Positions 9,961 through 22,187 are shown, counted from the stretch's first letter. The stretch: DNA of 64,000 bases from an uncultured Bacteroidales bacterium (GCA_963778605.1 CAVZVF010000001.1:788097-852096), one strand, 5' to 3'. Numbers and translations are program-made. The notes: generated by a model from the letters alone, not told the origin.

Positions 9961-11529
9961 TTGAAAATATCGGCAACTTTTTTGGGTCTTATACTGTCGA
10001 ACCAATTAAATCCTTCAAGCCTTAAAGTATTTAGAGGCACCATTCCGGGGGGGGTGATTATACCTTCCGGATTTTCATATTGGAAAATATCTGTTATTGC
10101 ATTGTCTTTAACATATATGTCAATCCTGGCACACTTTACTTTATTAACACCGGTAATATTTTCACCATCAAGGAGATGATATATTGATTCGCCATTTCCG
10201 TTGACGTTGATCTTATACAGCTTGTTTTTTTCAAAATACCCGGTCAGTGCGCGGCCTTTGATCTGGTTAAACCTCATCGTGTCGACCTTATTTGTTACAA
10301 AAGCTGAGTTATAAAGTTCCATCCTGTCGGTCTGCCTGTTTTTGGTAAATATAGCCATTGAATCGGATGTAAACTGGTTTTCTGAAGACCATATTACCGG
10401 TAATTTGTAAAATCTGATGACTGAATCCTGAAACGAATAGGAGAGAGAGTCGCATTTTGCCTGGAGATCTTTACTGAATATTCTGCATCCATAATAGGCT
10501 CTTAAAAGTCTGTAACTTTTTGATGTATCGGTAATTGTATTTGCCCTTATGGTATCTGAATGAAGGAAAAGCGAATCTCCACCCGAGAACTGAATGAACA
10601 CAGCACTATCGGTTACCATGAATTTTTCCGGTTCTTTAAAGTACCATGCATAATTTCCGGTTACCATTACCTCATTGTTAGTATCGGCAATACTGACGTT
10701 TCCGAATGATTGACCATATCCGGCTTTCTTGTCATAAAAGATTGAATCTCCGTGAATGATTTGTTTTTTGTTATTGACTACTGAATTTTTCCATATCCTG
10801 GAAGTTTCAAGTTTAGTATCATACCAGCCTCCTTCGCAGTAAATATTCAGGCTGTCGCCTGTCATTTTTGTAGGGCCTTCAAAGAATGCCGTTTCCGTTT
10901 GAGTATTGTAATCCATTGTATCAGCAGTCATTACATAACCGGGATTGACTATCTTAACACTGTCTTTAAAGTGAAAAAGATTTTCTGACACATAGTATAC
11001 TCCGATAATACTTGTGAGTGTATTGTCTCCGTTTATAATCTTTCCTCTATCGTTATAACGGGCAATTTTATTTTTTACATCATAATCAACAGCATCGGTA
11101 AACAGATGAGTCTCCTTATCAATGAGTTCAACATTGTCATTGACGTATGCCAGTTCACTTTTCCCATCGTAAAAAAGGTAGTCCCCAAAAAGATCAAGTG
11201 TATCGCCCTGTTCAATATGAATTTTGTGGTATGCGGTTACCTGATTTCTGATCCATGGAAAAATGAGCGCTGTCACACAGCATTGTCATTTCGTTATGCA
11301 CAAGGGATACATTTCCAAGTAACCGGTGAATGTCCATGCCGGTTAGTTTATCTTTTACAATAATATCCAGGTCAGCATGTTTAAGTTCTATTTTTTTCTT
11401 CCCGGTAGTTTTATTTGATGTAGCCTGAGACTGAATAACAGGTGAAAAAAGAAGAAAGACTGCGACACAAAGTAAATGTCTTGCAAAAGCTAATTCGAAC
11501 AGGGGCCGTAAAAGTTTTATTTTAACCAT
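9951..11529 (-). CDS. OstA/LptA-LptD_N-like beta-jellyroll protein, frameshifted near 11260
   Basis: ORF 11212..11550 (signal peptide, LLGNVSLVHNEMTMLCDSA) continues in 9951..11276 with repeated ADT/CDSL/GNV jellyroll motifs; conserved neighbour of SurA. Confidence 0.8.
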
Positions 11530-12878
11530 CCTTTTTGCAGAAAGCCACAAGATTTGAATTCATCACTTATTTTTATATAAGTGGCTTCAATTTTCTTTTT
11601 TATCCAGTCTTCATAGACTTTTGTCCGTTCTTTTATTAAAGCAGCATTATAGAGGTTCTGATAATCATCTTTCAGATTAGCCCTGTGTGCCGGTAGTTCT
11701 TTATCAAGTTTTACAATTCTGAACACCACATTGGCGTTTGCATCGGTTGTCCTGAAAGGCTCTGAGATCTCGCCGACCTTCAAATTCCTTACCTTCGCGT
11801 ACATATCAGGATTCAATTCCTCAAGGGCGATCCATGTTACTCTTTCAGAAGGATTTGTACTTACAAATATTCCGCCATTGACCCTGCTGTCTTTATGGGT
11901 GGAGAATTTTCTTGCAGCAGCCTCAAAGGTTATGCTGTCTTTTCTTATCTGATTGGCAATACTATCGAGTCTGCTTATTGCAATTGCTTCTTCTTCCGGT
12001 TTTACTTTTGGCCGGATGAGAATGTGCCGGGTATTAACCATATCACCCTTCCTGTCAATAAGTTGTATCAAATGAAATCCATATTTGGTTTCAACAATTT
12101 TAGAAACGGTGTTTTTAGTAAGACTAAATGCTGCATCTGCATACTCTTTTTCAAGCTCACCACGGGTCAGATAACCTATTTCACCTCCTTTTTTAGCAGA
12201 TTCAGGATCTTCGGAATACATAATTGCCTCAACATTAAAACTCTTTCCACCAAGAATCTCACTTCTGATATCTAATAGCTTCTGCCTTGCTTCAGCTTTA
12301 TTTTCTTCATTTTCAGGCGGATCGAGCTGGATAATACTTATAGCAACTTTAGCAGGGACTACGGGTAAAGAGTCCTGGGGAATACTTGCAAAATATCTCT
12401 TTAAGGCAGCAGGTGTAATAGTGATATTCTCAGCAATTTTTGCCTGTACTTCATTTATAGTTTCCTGTTCGAGCATGGCTTTCTTTATATCGCGCCGGAT
12501 TTCAATCATGCTTTTCTTAAAGTATGCTTCGAGTGCCTTTTCGCTTCCTGCCTGTCTTATCGCATCATTCATTCTCATATTGAGATTACCCTCAACCGCG
12601 TCATCAGTCACAGTAATACTGTCAATTCTTGCCTGATCGAGAAATAGTTTTGAAATAAGCAGCTGCTCAAGAACAGTGCATTTGAGTTCATCGGCAGGTT
12701 GTTTGTTTTCATTTCTTCTAAAATCGATGATCGTATTCTCAATATCTGAAAGGTAGATGACCTCATTCCCAACAATTGCTGCAACTGATTCAACCAATAC
12801 CTGCGAAGATGCGGTAAAGGGCCCCATAAGCAGTAATCCACCCAGCAGAACAATTAATCTCAAGTACTTTTTCATCAT
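11517..12878 (-). CDS. SurA-like peptidyl-prolyl isomerase (two parvulin domains)
   Basis: Signal peptide, SurA-type N-domain, YSEDPESAKKGGEIG and ETKYGFHLIQL parvulin motifs. Confidence 0.88.
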   Translation of the reverse strand: MMKKYLRLIVLLGGLLLMGPFTASSQVLVESVAAIVGNEVIYLSDIENTIIDFRRNENKQPADELKCTVLEQLLISKLFLDQARIDSITVTDDAVEGNLNMRMNDAIRQAGSEKALEAYFKKSMIEIRRDIKKAMLEQETINEVQAKIAENITITPAALKRYFASIPQDSLPVVPAKVAISIIQLDPPENEENKAEARQKLLDIRSEILGGKSFNVEAIMYSEDPESAKKGGEIGYLTRGELEKEYADAAFSLTKNTVSKIVETKYGFHLIQLIDRKGDMVNTRHILIRPKVKPEEEAIAISRLDSIANQIRKDSITFEAAARKFSTHKDSRVNGGIFVSTNPSERVTWIALEELNPDMYAKVRNLKVGEISEPFRTTDANANVVFRIVKLDKELPAHRANLKDDYQNLYNAALIKERTKVYEDWIKKKIEATYIKISDEFKSCGFLQKGWLK

Positions 12879-12902
12879 AATATAATTTTGATTTTAGTTG
12901 TA

Positions 12903-13024
12903 TGATAGCCTGTCCCGCAAAGCGGGAGAACCGCACATGGTTGAAAATTATATTTTTATCGTGTTTAGCTTCGCTGAGCTCGCAAGCTCGGTTGTGATTG
13001 AGGTCAATCATGTGGGTTTCATTA
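12903..13024. repeat. Inverted-repeat element (gaacc(g)cacatg...catgtgggtttc) with two nested GC hairpins
   Basis: gaaccgcacatggttga (12928-44) pairs with tcaatcatgtgggtttc (13004-20); hairpins tcccgc-aaa-gcggga (12913-27) and gagct-cgca-agctc (12976-89). Confidence 0.6.
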
Positions 13025-13032
13025 GTAATTAT

Positions 13033-13884
13033 TTAATAAATCTTAAAATATTTTTGCTTGAGAGCATCATTGTAAATCCCATTCTCAAGCGATTGTATAA
13101 ATTGAAACCGGCGGTTATTCCAGATTACCCTTTTAATATCGTCTTTTACATATTCGTAAGGTGCAAGTGATGATCTTAGTCTGTAATCCCTGATGCTTAT
13201 CATGTAGACAGATGATGAGTCACTATATTCAAAAAAAGTGTTTCTTTTAAGAAAATTTTCCTGATTTTCAATATTCTTGTTTTAATTCAATCGAGAAGTT
13301 TGTCCATTGTGACCCATTGTTCATTAAAATCATCAAACTTTTCAGCGAACTGAAAACAATAACTTTCAAGTTGCTGAAGATCTTTTTGATCATTCGACCG
13401 GGCAAGAATCCTGATCTTATCAATAATAGGCGTTTCCAACGGTAGTTTAATGAAAAGTGCCTTAACTATATTTGAATTCAGGATAAAACTGCTTTCATTT
13501 AAAGCATAATAATTTTCAAGCTCATCTTCAGTTAGGAGAGTATCCATTTTCTCAAGCATCATTTGCCTCTGATACTGATATATAACCAGATTTGTCCTTG
13601 TATCTTCCAGTTGTTTTTCAATTTCATTTTTTAATTCCGGAGAAAGATTTTCTTCCGCTTTCTGATAATACAAGTTCTTTTTTTGCCCATTTATTAATAT
13701 AATTCTGGATAATCCCGAGACTATCATTTTTTGATGTTTCAGTCTGAAGAAGTTGAGGAATTTCGTCATAATATAAAATTACTTCTCCGACTTTTGCAAC
13801 AGGAACTCTATTTTCTGTTTTTTCATTGTCTCCGCATCCGGAAAAAATAATAATTGGTAAAAGAATACAAATTATTTTACTCAT
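13033..13884 (-). CDS. Lipoprotein of the PPIase/chaperone cluster, frameshifted
   Basis: Lipobox IFSGC; ORFs 13624..13884 and 13287..13769 plus manually read tail DIKRVIWNNRRFQFIQSLENGIYNDALKQKYFKIY*. Confidence 0.72.
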
Positions 13885-15854
13885 TTGTCAGTTTTTTCTT
13901 CACTTCTTCAAGAACACTGTTATCAATTTTAACGCTGTATTTTGCTTTTAATTGTCGTAATCCAATCGGCCTCAAGAGCATTCTGAAACCCCGCTATCAT
14001 TTCTGCCTTAACCTCATCAAAGGGCAGAGGTACTGGTTCTGTAATCTTTTTAACAACAATAATGGCCGGGGAATTCCCCGTTCTGTTAAAGATGGTGCCG
14101 GGAATCCACTGTGATGTTATCTAACATGGGGATTATCACCTTTAAACCATGTACCATCTTTTATTGAAAGAAGTGAGTCACCTTTACTATTGAATTTTAT
14201 TCTTAATAAGTTGTCCCTATCTGATTTACGTGAGTATTTTTTATATGCTGATATAAGTTTCTTTTTATTTCCCGGTGAGGCAAGTGAATAAATTTTTGCG
14301 TCAATTGCCCTGCGGGTCAGGTAATTGTTTTTATGTTCCTCATAATATTTACTGAGTCCGGTCGAATCTTCCCTTACTTTATTCCAGACTTTTCTTCCGG
14401 ATATTTCAAAAAGAAGTATCCCGTCATAGAATTCGTTCATCAGATATCTGAAATCGGGATATTTTTTTTCAAGAACTGAATTTTCATAGAGCATTATCTG
14501 GTCGGATATTCTTGTCTCAATTGATCGATCAATGAAGTATTCCGGATCATCAGTAACTATCATTGATCCTCTTTTTTCAAGATAAGCTGCAAATTCTTTG
14601 GTTGTAAAACGCTGGTTAGCAAAAGAGTATATATTTCCGGGTGGAATTAAATCCTTTTTATACCGTGCTAATCCCTTTATTATCAGGGTATCAGTATGGT
14701 CAATAAACCATGTATAAGCTGCACTTATTAACCTTGAATTTGTACTCTTTTTTGAGTTTCTCAATTAATGATCTTTTACTTATTGAATTCAGATATGACT
14801 GGTTTAATTTACTTTCAAGAAACGATTTTGATTCTTCAAACGATCCCGGTGCTTTTTTTCCAGAAGCTTTATAATATGCCATCCATACAGAGTCCTCACT
14901 GGTTTTGAATATTTACCGGTATCAGAAATAGCAAAAGCGGCTTCAGAAAAGGCAGGGATCATTTCTCCGGAGCCAAACCACTTAAGTTCACCGCCGTTAG
15001 ACGCTGATATCCTTATGATCTGAATATTTTTTTGCCAGCTCACTGAAAGATTTTCCCTGCTGAAGTTCATTGTAAATTCTGTTAATTTCAGATTCGGCTT
15101 CTTTTTCTTCCTTTCTCCCCGTGCCGGGAGGTACAGCTTTCATAATATGAGCGACCAGTATTTTTCCTTTTGAAGCTCGCTTATCTGTTACTTTAATAAT
15201 ATGATAACCGTATGGTGTTCTGAAAGGAACTGAAATTGCACCTTTTTTAAGTTTGTAGGCTAGCATCTTCAAAAGGCATAATCATTTGAAATACTGTAAA
15301 ATACCCAAGATTTCCGCCATTAATCATTGACCGACTTGTCATCAGAGGCACTTCTTGCTACCTGTTCAAAAGATTCTCCCTCAATGATCCTTTCTCGTAT
15401 GTCAGCTGCTTTTGTCCCAGGCTTTGAAGAGTATCTGCAGGAGAGGCTTCCGGCGGACAGGAAATCAGGATGTGCCAGGCATTAATTTCGGTAAGGTATC
15501 TCTGGTAAGCTTTCTGAAGCAGCTTTTCTTTTGTCAGTTGGTCAGTAAGATAATTCTGTGCCAATTGATTTCTATAACCGGTTAATTCACTTTTGAATGA
15601 CTTTGTTGTGTCAAATCCCTCGTTGATTGCATCAGCAACTTTAAGCTTAAAAGATAAATTGTTGAAGATAGTTGTCCGCGATCAAGTGTTTTTCCCGGGT
15701 TCAATGCTTTTCTTGTACATTCTAATGAACTCCCCGGCTACAATATTTTTTCCTGCGATATTCAATAAAATTTTATCGTCCAGATTTCTGTGCCTGGCAT
15801 ATGACAGGCAAAAGAAAAATAAGGATGGATGTTTGTGGGGACTCTGAATTTCAT
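13877..15854 (-). CDS. Parvulin-type peptidyl-prolyl isomerase (multi-domain), broken by several frameshifts
   Basis: Fragments carry [41 protein letters not shown] and [11 protein letters not shown]; collinear pieces from ATG 15854 to stop 13877. Confidence 0.8.
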
Positions 15855-15873
15855 CAGTATTAACTGATACCTG

Positions 15874-17357
15874 TTATTCAAATGATTTTCTGCTGTAGTT
15901 CGGTGCTTCCCTGGTTATTGAAACATCATGCGGATGGCTTTCAATGATTCCTGAGTTTGTAATTCTTACAAACCTGCCATCCTTTTTAAGGACACTTATA
16001 TTTTTTGCACCAACGTATCCCATTCCTGCTCTTAATCCTCCGGTTAACTGGTAAATTACTTCTGAAAGTGTTCCTTTATATGGTACTTTTGCCTCGATTC
16101 CTTCGGGAACAAGCTTTCTGATATCATCTTCCATATCCTGAAAATAACGATCTTTTGAGCCCAGTTGCATTGCTTCAATTGAACCCATGCCTCTGTATGA
16201 CTTAAACTTACGGCCGCTATAAATTATTGTATCCCCTGGCGATTCTTCAACTCCTGCAAAAAGCGATCCGGTCATTATAGAATCGGCGCCGGCAGCTAAT
16301 GCTTTAATGATGTCCCCTGAGTATCTTATTCCTCCGTCAGCTATGACAGGGATCCCTGATCCTTCGACAGCCTTTGCAACGTTATAAACAGCTGATAGTT
16401 GTGGTATGCCTACACCTGCAATTATCCGTGTTGTACAAATTGAACCTGGTCCGATGCCAACCTTTAGAGCATCCGCACCTTCATCGGCTAATTTCCGTGC
16501 AGCTTCTGCTGTTGCAATATTACCGGCAACAACATCTATATCCGGATAATTTCTTTTAATCTCTCTTAAAATATTTATAACACTATTTGTGTGAGCATGT
16601 GCTGTGTCGATCGATATTGCATCAACGTTTGCATTTATCAGGGCTCCGACTCTTTCGAGGGTGTCGGCGGAGATACCTACTGCTCCGGCAACTCTTAGTC
16701 TTCCTTTATCATCTTTACATGAGTTAGGACGATCTTTGGTTTTCGTGATATCCTTGTATGTGATCAGGCCTATAAGTTTGCCTGTCTCATCTATCATTGG
16801 CAGTTTTTCAATTTTATGTTTCTGAAGAATCCTGGCTGCAGATTCAAGGTTAGTCTGATGATTGGTTGTAATAAGATTGGAAGTCATAACTTCAGTGATC
16901 TTCCTGATGCCTGTCATGCTCAAATCTCAGATCCCTGTTTGTAACTATACCTTTTAATATTCCGTTTTTGTCAACAACCGGTATACCCACCGATCTTGTA
17001 TTCGGTCATAAGATTCATCGCATCACCAACTGTTGCCTCAAGATTAATGGTAATGGGATCAAATATCATAACGTTTTCAGCTCTCTTAACCCTCTTTACC
17101 ATTGATGCCTGATTATCGATAGACATATTCTTATGGATTACACCAATACCACCTTCCCTTGCTATGGCAATTGCCAGTTCATCTTCCGTAACGGTATCCA
17201 TTGCGGCAGAAATGATGGGTGTGTTTATACGAATATTTCGTGTAAACATTGAACTAAGGTCAACTTCGCGGGGAAGTACCTCAGAATATGAAGGAACAAG
17301 TAAGACATCATCAAATGTTAAGCCTTCATATAATATCTTATCTTTTAAGAATGACAT
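15874..17357 (-). CDS. guaB: IMP dehydrogenase with CBS domains, frameshifted near 16920-16985
   Basis: [39 protein letters not shown] and YRGMGS motifs. Confidence 0.95.
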
Positions 17358-17480
17358 CGGATGGAATTTAAGTTTTTGCTGGCGCAAATTACAAAAAAAT
17401 CAGGACTATGATAACATCTGTTTATTTTTAGTCATCTTAATAAATTGCATAACTGTTATTATTATTGTAAAAGAACATGA

Positions 17481-17652
17481 AGTTGTCTCCTGGGTCCTCA
17501 GCGGAACTCGTGAAAACCCTGTGATCTGTGTAAGTTCTTAATTATTTGTCACACAGAGTGCCGCAGCAGGCACAGAGCTGCACAAAGAATGTATTACCGT
17601 AATTTTAGACTTTTGAGACACCACCACCCTGACCGAAGCGACAGGGGATGGA
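17481..17652. repeat. Degenerate composite REP-like region between divergent guaB and recQ
   Basis: Outer IR ttgtctc (17483)/ttttgagacacc (17611-22); inner ctgtg repeats facing cacagag/cacagag/cacaaag (17552, 17571, 17581); trailing ccctg...caggg hairpin. Confidence 0.4.
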
Positions 17653-17726
17653 AGCACTTATTTTAACATCTTCAATTAAGTTACTTAAATTTGAGGATAA
17701 TTTTTTTACTTGTATTTTGGCTATAA

Positions 17727-19658
17727 ATGAATATAGAACCATACAGTCAGATTTTAACAAAGTATTGGGGATTCACATCCTTTAAACCATTGCAGGAAGA
17801 TATTATACGGTCTGTCGCAGATGGGAGGGATACACTCGCACTTATGCCAACCGGGGGAGGTAAATCTATAACGTTCCAGGTGCCTGCACTGGCAAAAGAA
17901 GGTATCTGCCTTGTAATATCTCCTCTTATAGCTTTGATGAAGGATCAGGTTAGCCGGCTTAATAGTCTGGAAATAAAATCAATAGCAATACATTCAGGGA
18001 TGTCGGCAGAGGAAATTGACATTGCACTTGAGAATTGTATATATGGTGATTATAAATTTCTGTATGTTTCTCCTGAAAGAATTTCAACCAGGCTCTTTCA
18101 GACCAGGGCACCAAAACTTAATCTCTCCCTTATAGCTATAGATGAAGCACACTGTATTTCACAGTGGGGTTACGACTTTCGTCCTTCATATCTTAAAATT
18201 GCATCACTGAGAGATTTTGTTTCCGACAAGATCCCATTCCTTGCGCTTACAGCTTCTGCAACGCCTGCGGTGATTGAAGATATTATGAAAAAGCTGGCTT
18301 TCCGGGAAAACAATGTTTTAAGAACCAGTTTCAGCAGAAAAAATATATCATACCTGGTACGGAATGTAGAAGATAAAGGTTCGTATCTTATCAAGACACT
18401 GCAAAAAGCGAAGGGTAGCGGAATAGTTTATGTCAGAAGCAGAAAACGTTGCAGAGAGGTTGCCGAACTACTTGTTAAAAATGGAATAAGCTCCGATTTC
18501 TACCACGCCGGGATTACCGGAAGAATTGAGAGATAAAAAACAAGTTGCCTGGACCAATGGATGATACCAGGGTTATTGTAGCTACAAATGCATTTGGGAT
18601 GGGTATAGATAAAGCTGAAGTGAGGTTTGTAATACATTGGGATATACCCGATTCAGTAGAAAACTATTTTCAGGAGAGCGGCAGGGCGGGTCGGGACGAT
18701 AAACCAGCATTTGCAGTCCTGTTATATTCACCGTCGGATAAAAAAAGGCTAAACGATTCAATCCGTCAAAAATTCCCTCCGGTAGAGAAAATTAAAGATG
18801 TATATGAGGCAGTGTGTAACTATCTCGAATGTTCCGCAGGGGGCTGGCAAGGATAATGTATATGATTTTAATATGGCCGATTTTGTTTCACATTATCGTT
18901 TGCCTGTTATAGAAACATATAATTGTCTGACATTTCTTCAAAGGGAGGGTTACCTTGAATTTACGGAAGAGATAAACAATCCTTCCAGGGTTCATTTTAT
19001 TGTCGGTCGTGATGACCTGTATAAATTTCAGGTGGCAAATGAACCTTTCGACGGATTTATAAAACTACTCTTAAGGTCTTATACAGGAATGTTCTCCGAA
19101 TTTGTACCGGTATTTGAGGAAGAGCTTGCAAAAAAATCAGCTATTTCAAGGGACGCTGTATATCAGTATCTGGTAAAGCTCTCATCAATGAACATTATAA
19201 AGTATATTCCCGGGAAAAAAACTGCCCTTGTGATATTTACTGAAGAACGTCTCGTCCGGAAGGCATTGTTGATCTCACCTGATAATTATCTTAAGGTAAA
19301 GGAAAGATATATTGCCAGACTGAACAGCATGATGGATTATGCCGATAGTGAGACAAGATGCAGGTCAGTTTTGCTTCTCAGCTATTTTGGCGAAGATTCG
19401 GACCGGTGCGGAATTTGCGATATCTGCCGCGACAGGAATGAACTTGACCTTAGTAAATATGAATTTGATATTATTCTTGAAGAGATCAAAGATGTGCTGG
19501 CAAAGGAACAGCCTGATGCGGAACAACTTGTTAGAAAAATAAAATATCATGAGGAAAAGGTCATTAAAGTACTGCGATGGCTTCTCGATCATAATAAGAT
19601 AATCACCGACGACAAACACCTTCTGAAATGGAAGGAACATGATCTTTTTTCGAAGTAA
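17727..19658 (+). CDS. recQ: RecQ-family ATP-dependent DNA helicase, split by two frameshifts
   Basis: MPTGGGKS, IDEAHCISQWGYDFRP, ATNAFGMGIDK, QESGRAGRD and Zn-binding CR...CGICDIC motifs across ORFs 17727, 18545 and 18798. Confidence 0.92.
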
Positions 19659-19744
19659 GTTTTTCTGCAATAACTGAACAATTCTTTTTCAGAATCTGAC
19701 AAAAGATTTTTTTTTGAATAATAAGATGTTTGGCCCGGGGAACT

Positions 19745-20820
19745 TTAAGCCTTGAGAGGATTACATCCAAAACCTGCAAGATCCAGCGTGCTAAGTTCAC
19801 CATCAACAAGTGAAAAGCCACCTGTAACAATATCTTCCGCCAGTTCTAAACTGCCATCAAGATCTAAATAGCATGTTGAAGTACATGAGAGTGCTGCATG
19901 CAATGCGGCAGAGATACTCACGACACTTTCATCATAACATCCCCAGAAAAGTTTAATTCCCGAAGCTTGTGCTATCGTAGAAATATCAAATGCTCCAAGC
20001 AACCCTCCACACTTCATAAGCTTAATATTGAATATACCGCAGGCCTGCGGCTCAGCCGCCAGAAACAGAGCTGAACCGGCATTCTTGAGCGACTCATCGC
20101 AGGCAATCATTTTACGTATCCCTGCCGGCAACGACTTCATTTCTGATTCTGTCCCAACCCGCATTGGTTGTTCAACAAGTTCCAATCCTAATGAATTGGT
20201 AGCTTTAAAAAAAGCAATGGTCTGATCCTGGTCATAGCCCTGATTAGCATCAACACGGATTTTAAAATAATTGCCAAATTTTTCTCTTAATTTTACAATC
20301 CGTTCAATATCCTCTTCAGGGTTTAGACCTATTTTTATTTTTAAAACTCTAAAACCCTGATGTTTATATTCTTTAGCTTCCATAAGTGTATCTTCAACAC
20401 TTAATATCCCAATGGTGATTGATGTAGGTAAACTGCGATGCCTCCTGCCGTAAAAATCAACAACAGGAATACCAAGATATTTTCCAAAGGCATCATGTAA
20501 TGAAATGTCAATTGCAGTACGGGTGGCAGAATGTTTCGGAAACAGAGTCTGTGATTCAGCTATAAGGTTTCGAAAATGGCGAATATCTTCTCCCTACCCA
20601 TTTTTGTAATGAGTCAGATTGCAGGTTTGAAATTGTATCTTCCAGTTTTTCTCCGAATACATATTCAGAACGCGGCTGCCGATCCATAGCCGGTAATTCC
20701 GTTTTCCAGCTCAATTTCCAGAAAAGCATTCAGAACTACTGAATTTACTTCATATGCGATAGTGTATGGTTTTTTGAGTTTCAGGTCTTTAGTGTATGCA
20801 CTTATTGTTTTAATTTTCAT
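19745..20820 (-). CDS. Enolase-superfamily dipeptide epimerase/racemase (MLE subgroup), frameshifted in the 5' third
   Basis: KIKIG, RVDANQG, VEQP, DES, NIKLMKCGG and DLDG motifs; N-terminus MKIKTISAYTKDLKLKKPYTIAY read from ATG 20820. Confidence 0.88.
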
Positions 20821-21893
20821 TTTTTAAGGTTTTTAAGAGTCTCAACCATTGATTCTACTCCTTCCTCAAGGGGAAGAATTACCGGAATGCCTAGTTTCTT
20901 TGAATAGGATTCTTTGTATGAAATTGCCTCTTTCGTAGTTAATTTGTTTGTGTTTAACATCAAAGCAATAACTTTCGAACCGTAACAATTGATAAGTTTT
21001 ATTTCGTCTTCGACTGAAGGAATCTCTCCCCATTTTGGATCCGAATCAAAATATTTCCGGATTGGCTGATGTACCAGAACGACGTATTTTGCGTTTCCTG
21101 ATACAAGAAACTCAGATCCGCATGGACCACTCGGGTTTCTGAGAGAGGACTGACCTTCTATAATGATCAGGTCTGGTTTCTCGTTTTTATAGGCATTTAT
21201 GATCGCGTTTGATAATTCGCCGCTGACAAAATCGTTAAGCGTTGAATCCAGAATAAATCCATACCTGGCTCCCTGCATCCATCCTGTTTGTCCTGTATAA
21301 ATCATTTCGGCTTTGAGACCAGCTTTTTCAAAGGCCTGTTTTAACAGCATTGCTGTTGTACGTTTGCCAATGGCACAATCCATTCCCATAACAGCAATAA
21401 CAGGGCATTTCACCTCAAACACCTCTTCCGACCAGAATTTTAAGTCTTTAAAAGTTTTCGGTTTGCGGACATCGATCATTTTTGCACCATATTTATTGGC
21501 CAGTTCGACCATCTCCGGTTGATCATTCAAATGATAGTGTAACCCATTCACCATGGATATTCCTTCAGTTAACACACTTTTAATTACTGCTATAAGATCA
21601 AAAGGTAAAACTCCGCCTACAGTGGCGACACCTATTATGCAATAATCCGGTTTACCTTCTTCTCTGATCGCCTCTTCCAGACTGTGCGAAGACCGGAATA
21701 TTCCTGTTGATGCCGTCTAACTACTTCTCCTGCGTCTTTTCCTGCCGAATATGAATCAATAACAGCTTTAATAATAAAACGGTCGGAGCTTCGGATCAGG
21801 CCATGGGATGTCTTGGCATCCGTCTTATGCAAGCATTCCGCTACTTAATAAAAATGCAGTTCCTCTTATTAAATCAAAATTTTCAATACTCAT
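20817..21893 (-). CDS. DUF1611 family P-loop protein (DgcN-like), frameshifted
   Basis: AKTSHGLIR, NGLH, GMDCAIGKRTT, TGQTGWMQG, DFVSGE and IEGQSSL motifs; overlaps the epimerase start by 4 bp. Confidence 0.85.
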
Positions 21894-21932
21894 TTTATTG
21901 CTATGTTATCTGATCATGAAATATTTATTTAT

Positions 21933-22187
21933 ATGACAATCGGTAATCATGCATAAGACCTCTTTGATTTTGACTTCGTCGAGCTCCGCTTCGCTCCGGT
22001 TCTTCGTTAGCCCCTTACCCTAAAGGGTGCGAAGAACCGAGTCCCGCAGGGCGAGCCCGGCGCAGCCAAAATCAATTACTCCCTCCTCGCCTTCGCGTAG
22101 CCGCTACGGCGGAGCAAGGTTAGGGTCGGGGCAAATAATTGATTTTCAAGCATCAAAATATTTATATGTATGATTTCCGATAGTCAT
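21933..22187. mobile_element. 255-bp MITE/REPIN-like element with imperfect TIRs, interleaved stems and nested hairpin insertions
   Basis: TIR atgacaatcggtaatcatgcata / tatgtatgatttccgatagtcat (20/23); core ttagccccttaccctaaaggg ... ctccct[35 bp]ttagggtcggggcaaa shared with the 48.5 and 62.1 kb elements. Confidence 0.7.

Noticed and set aside
15874-19658. Programmed frameshifting or true pseudogenisation of guaB and recQ
   Set aside because: Indels are scattered over many unrelated genes with no shared slippery motif; sequencing error is simpler
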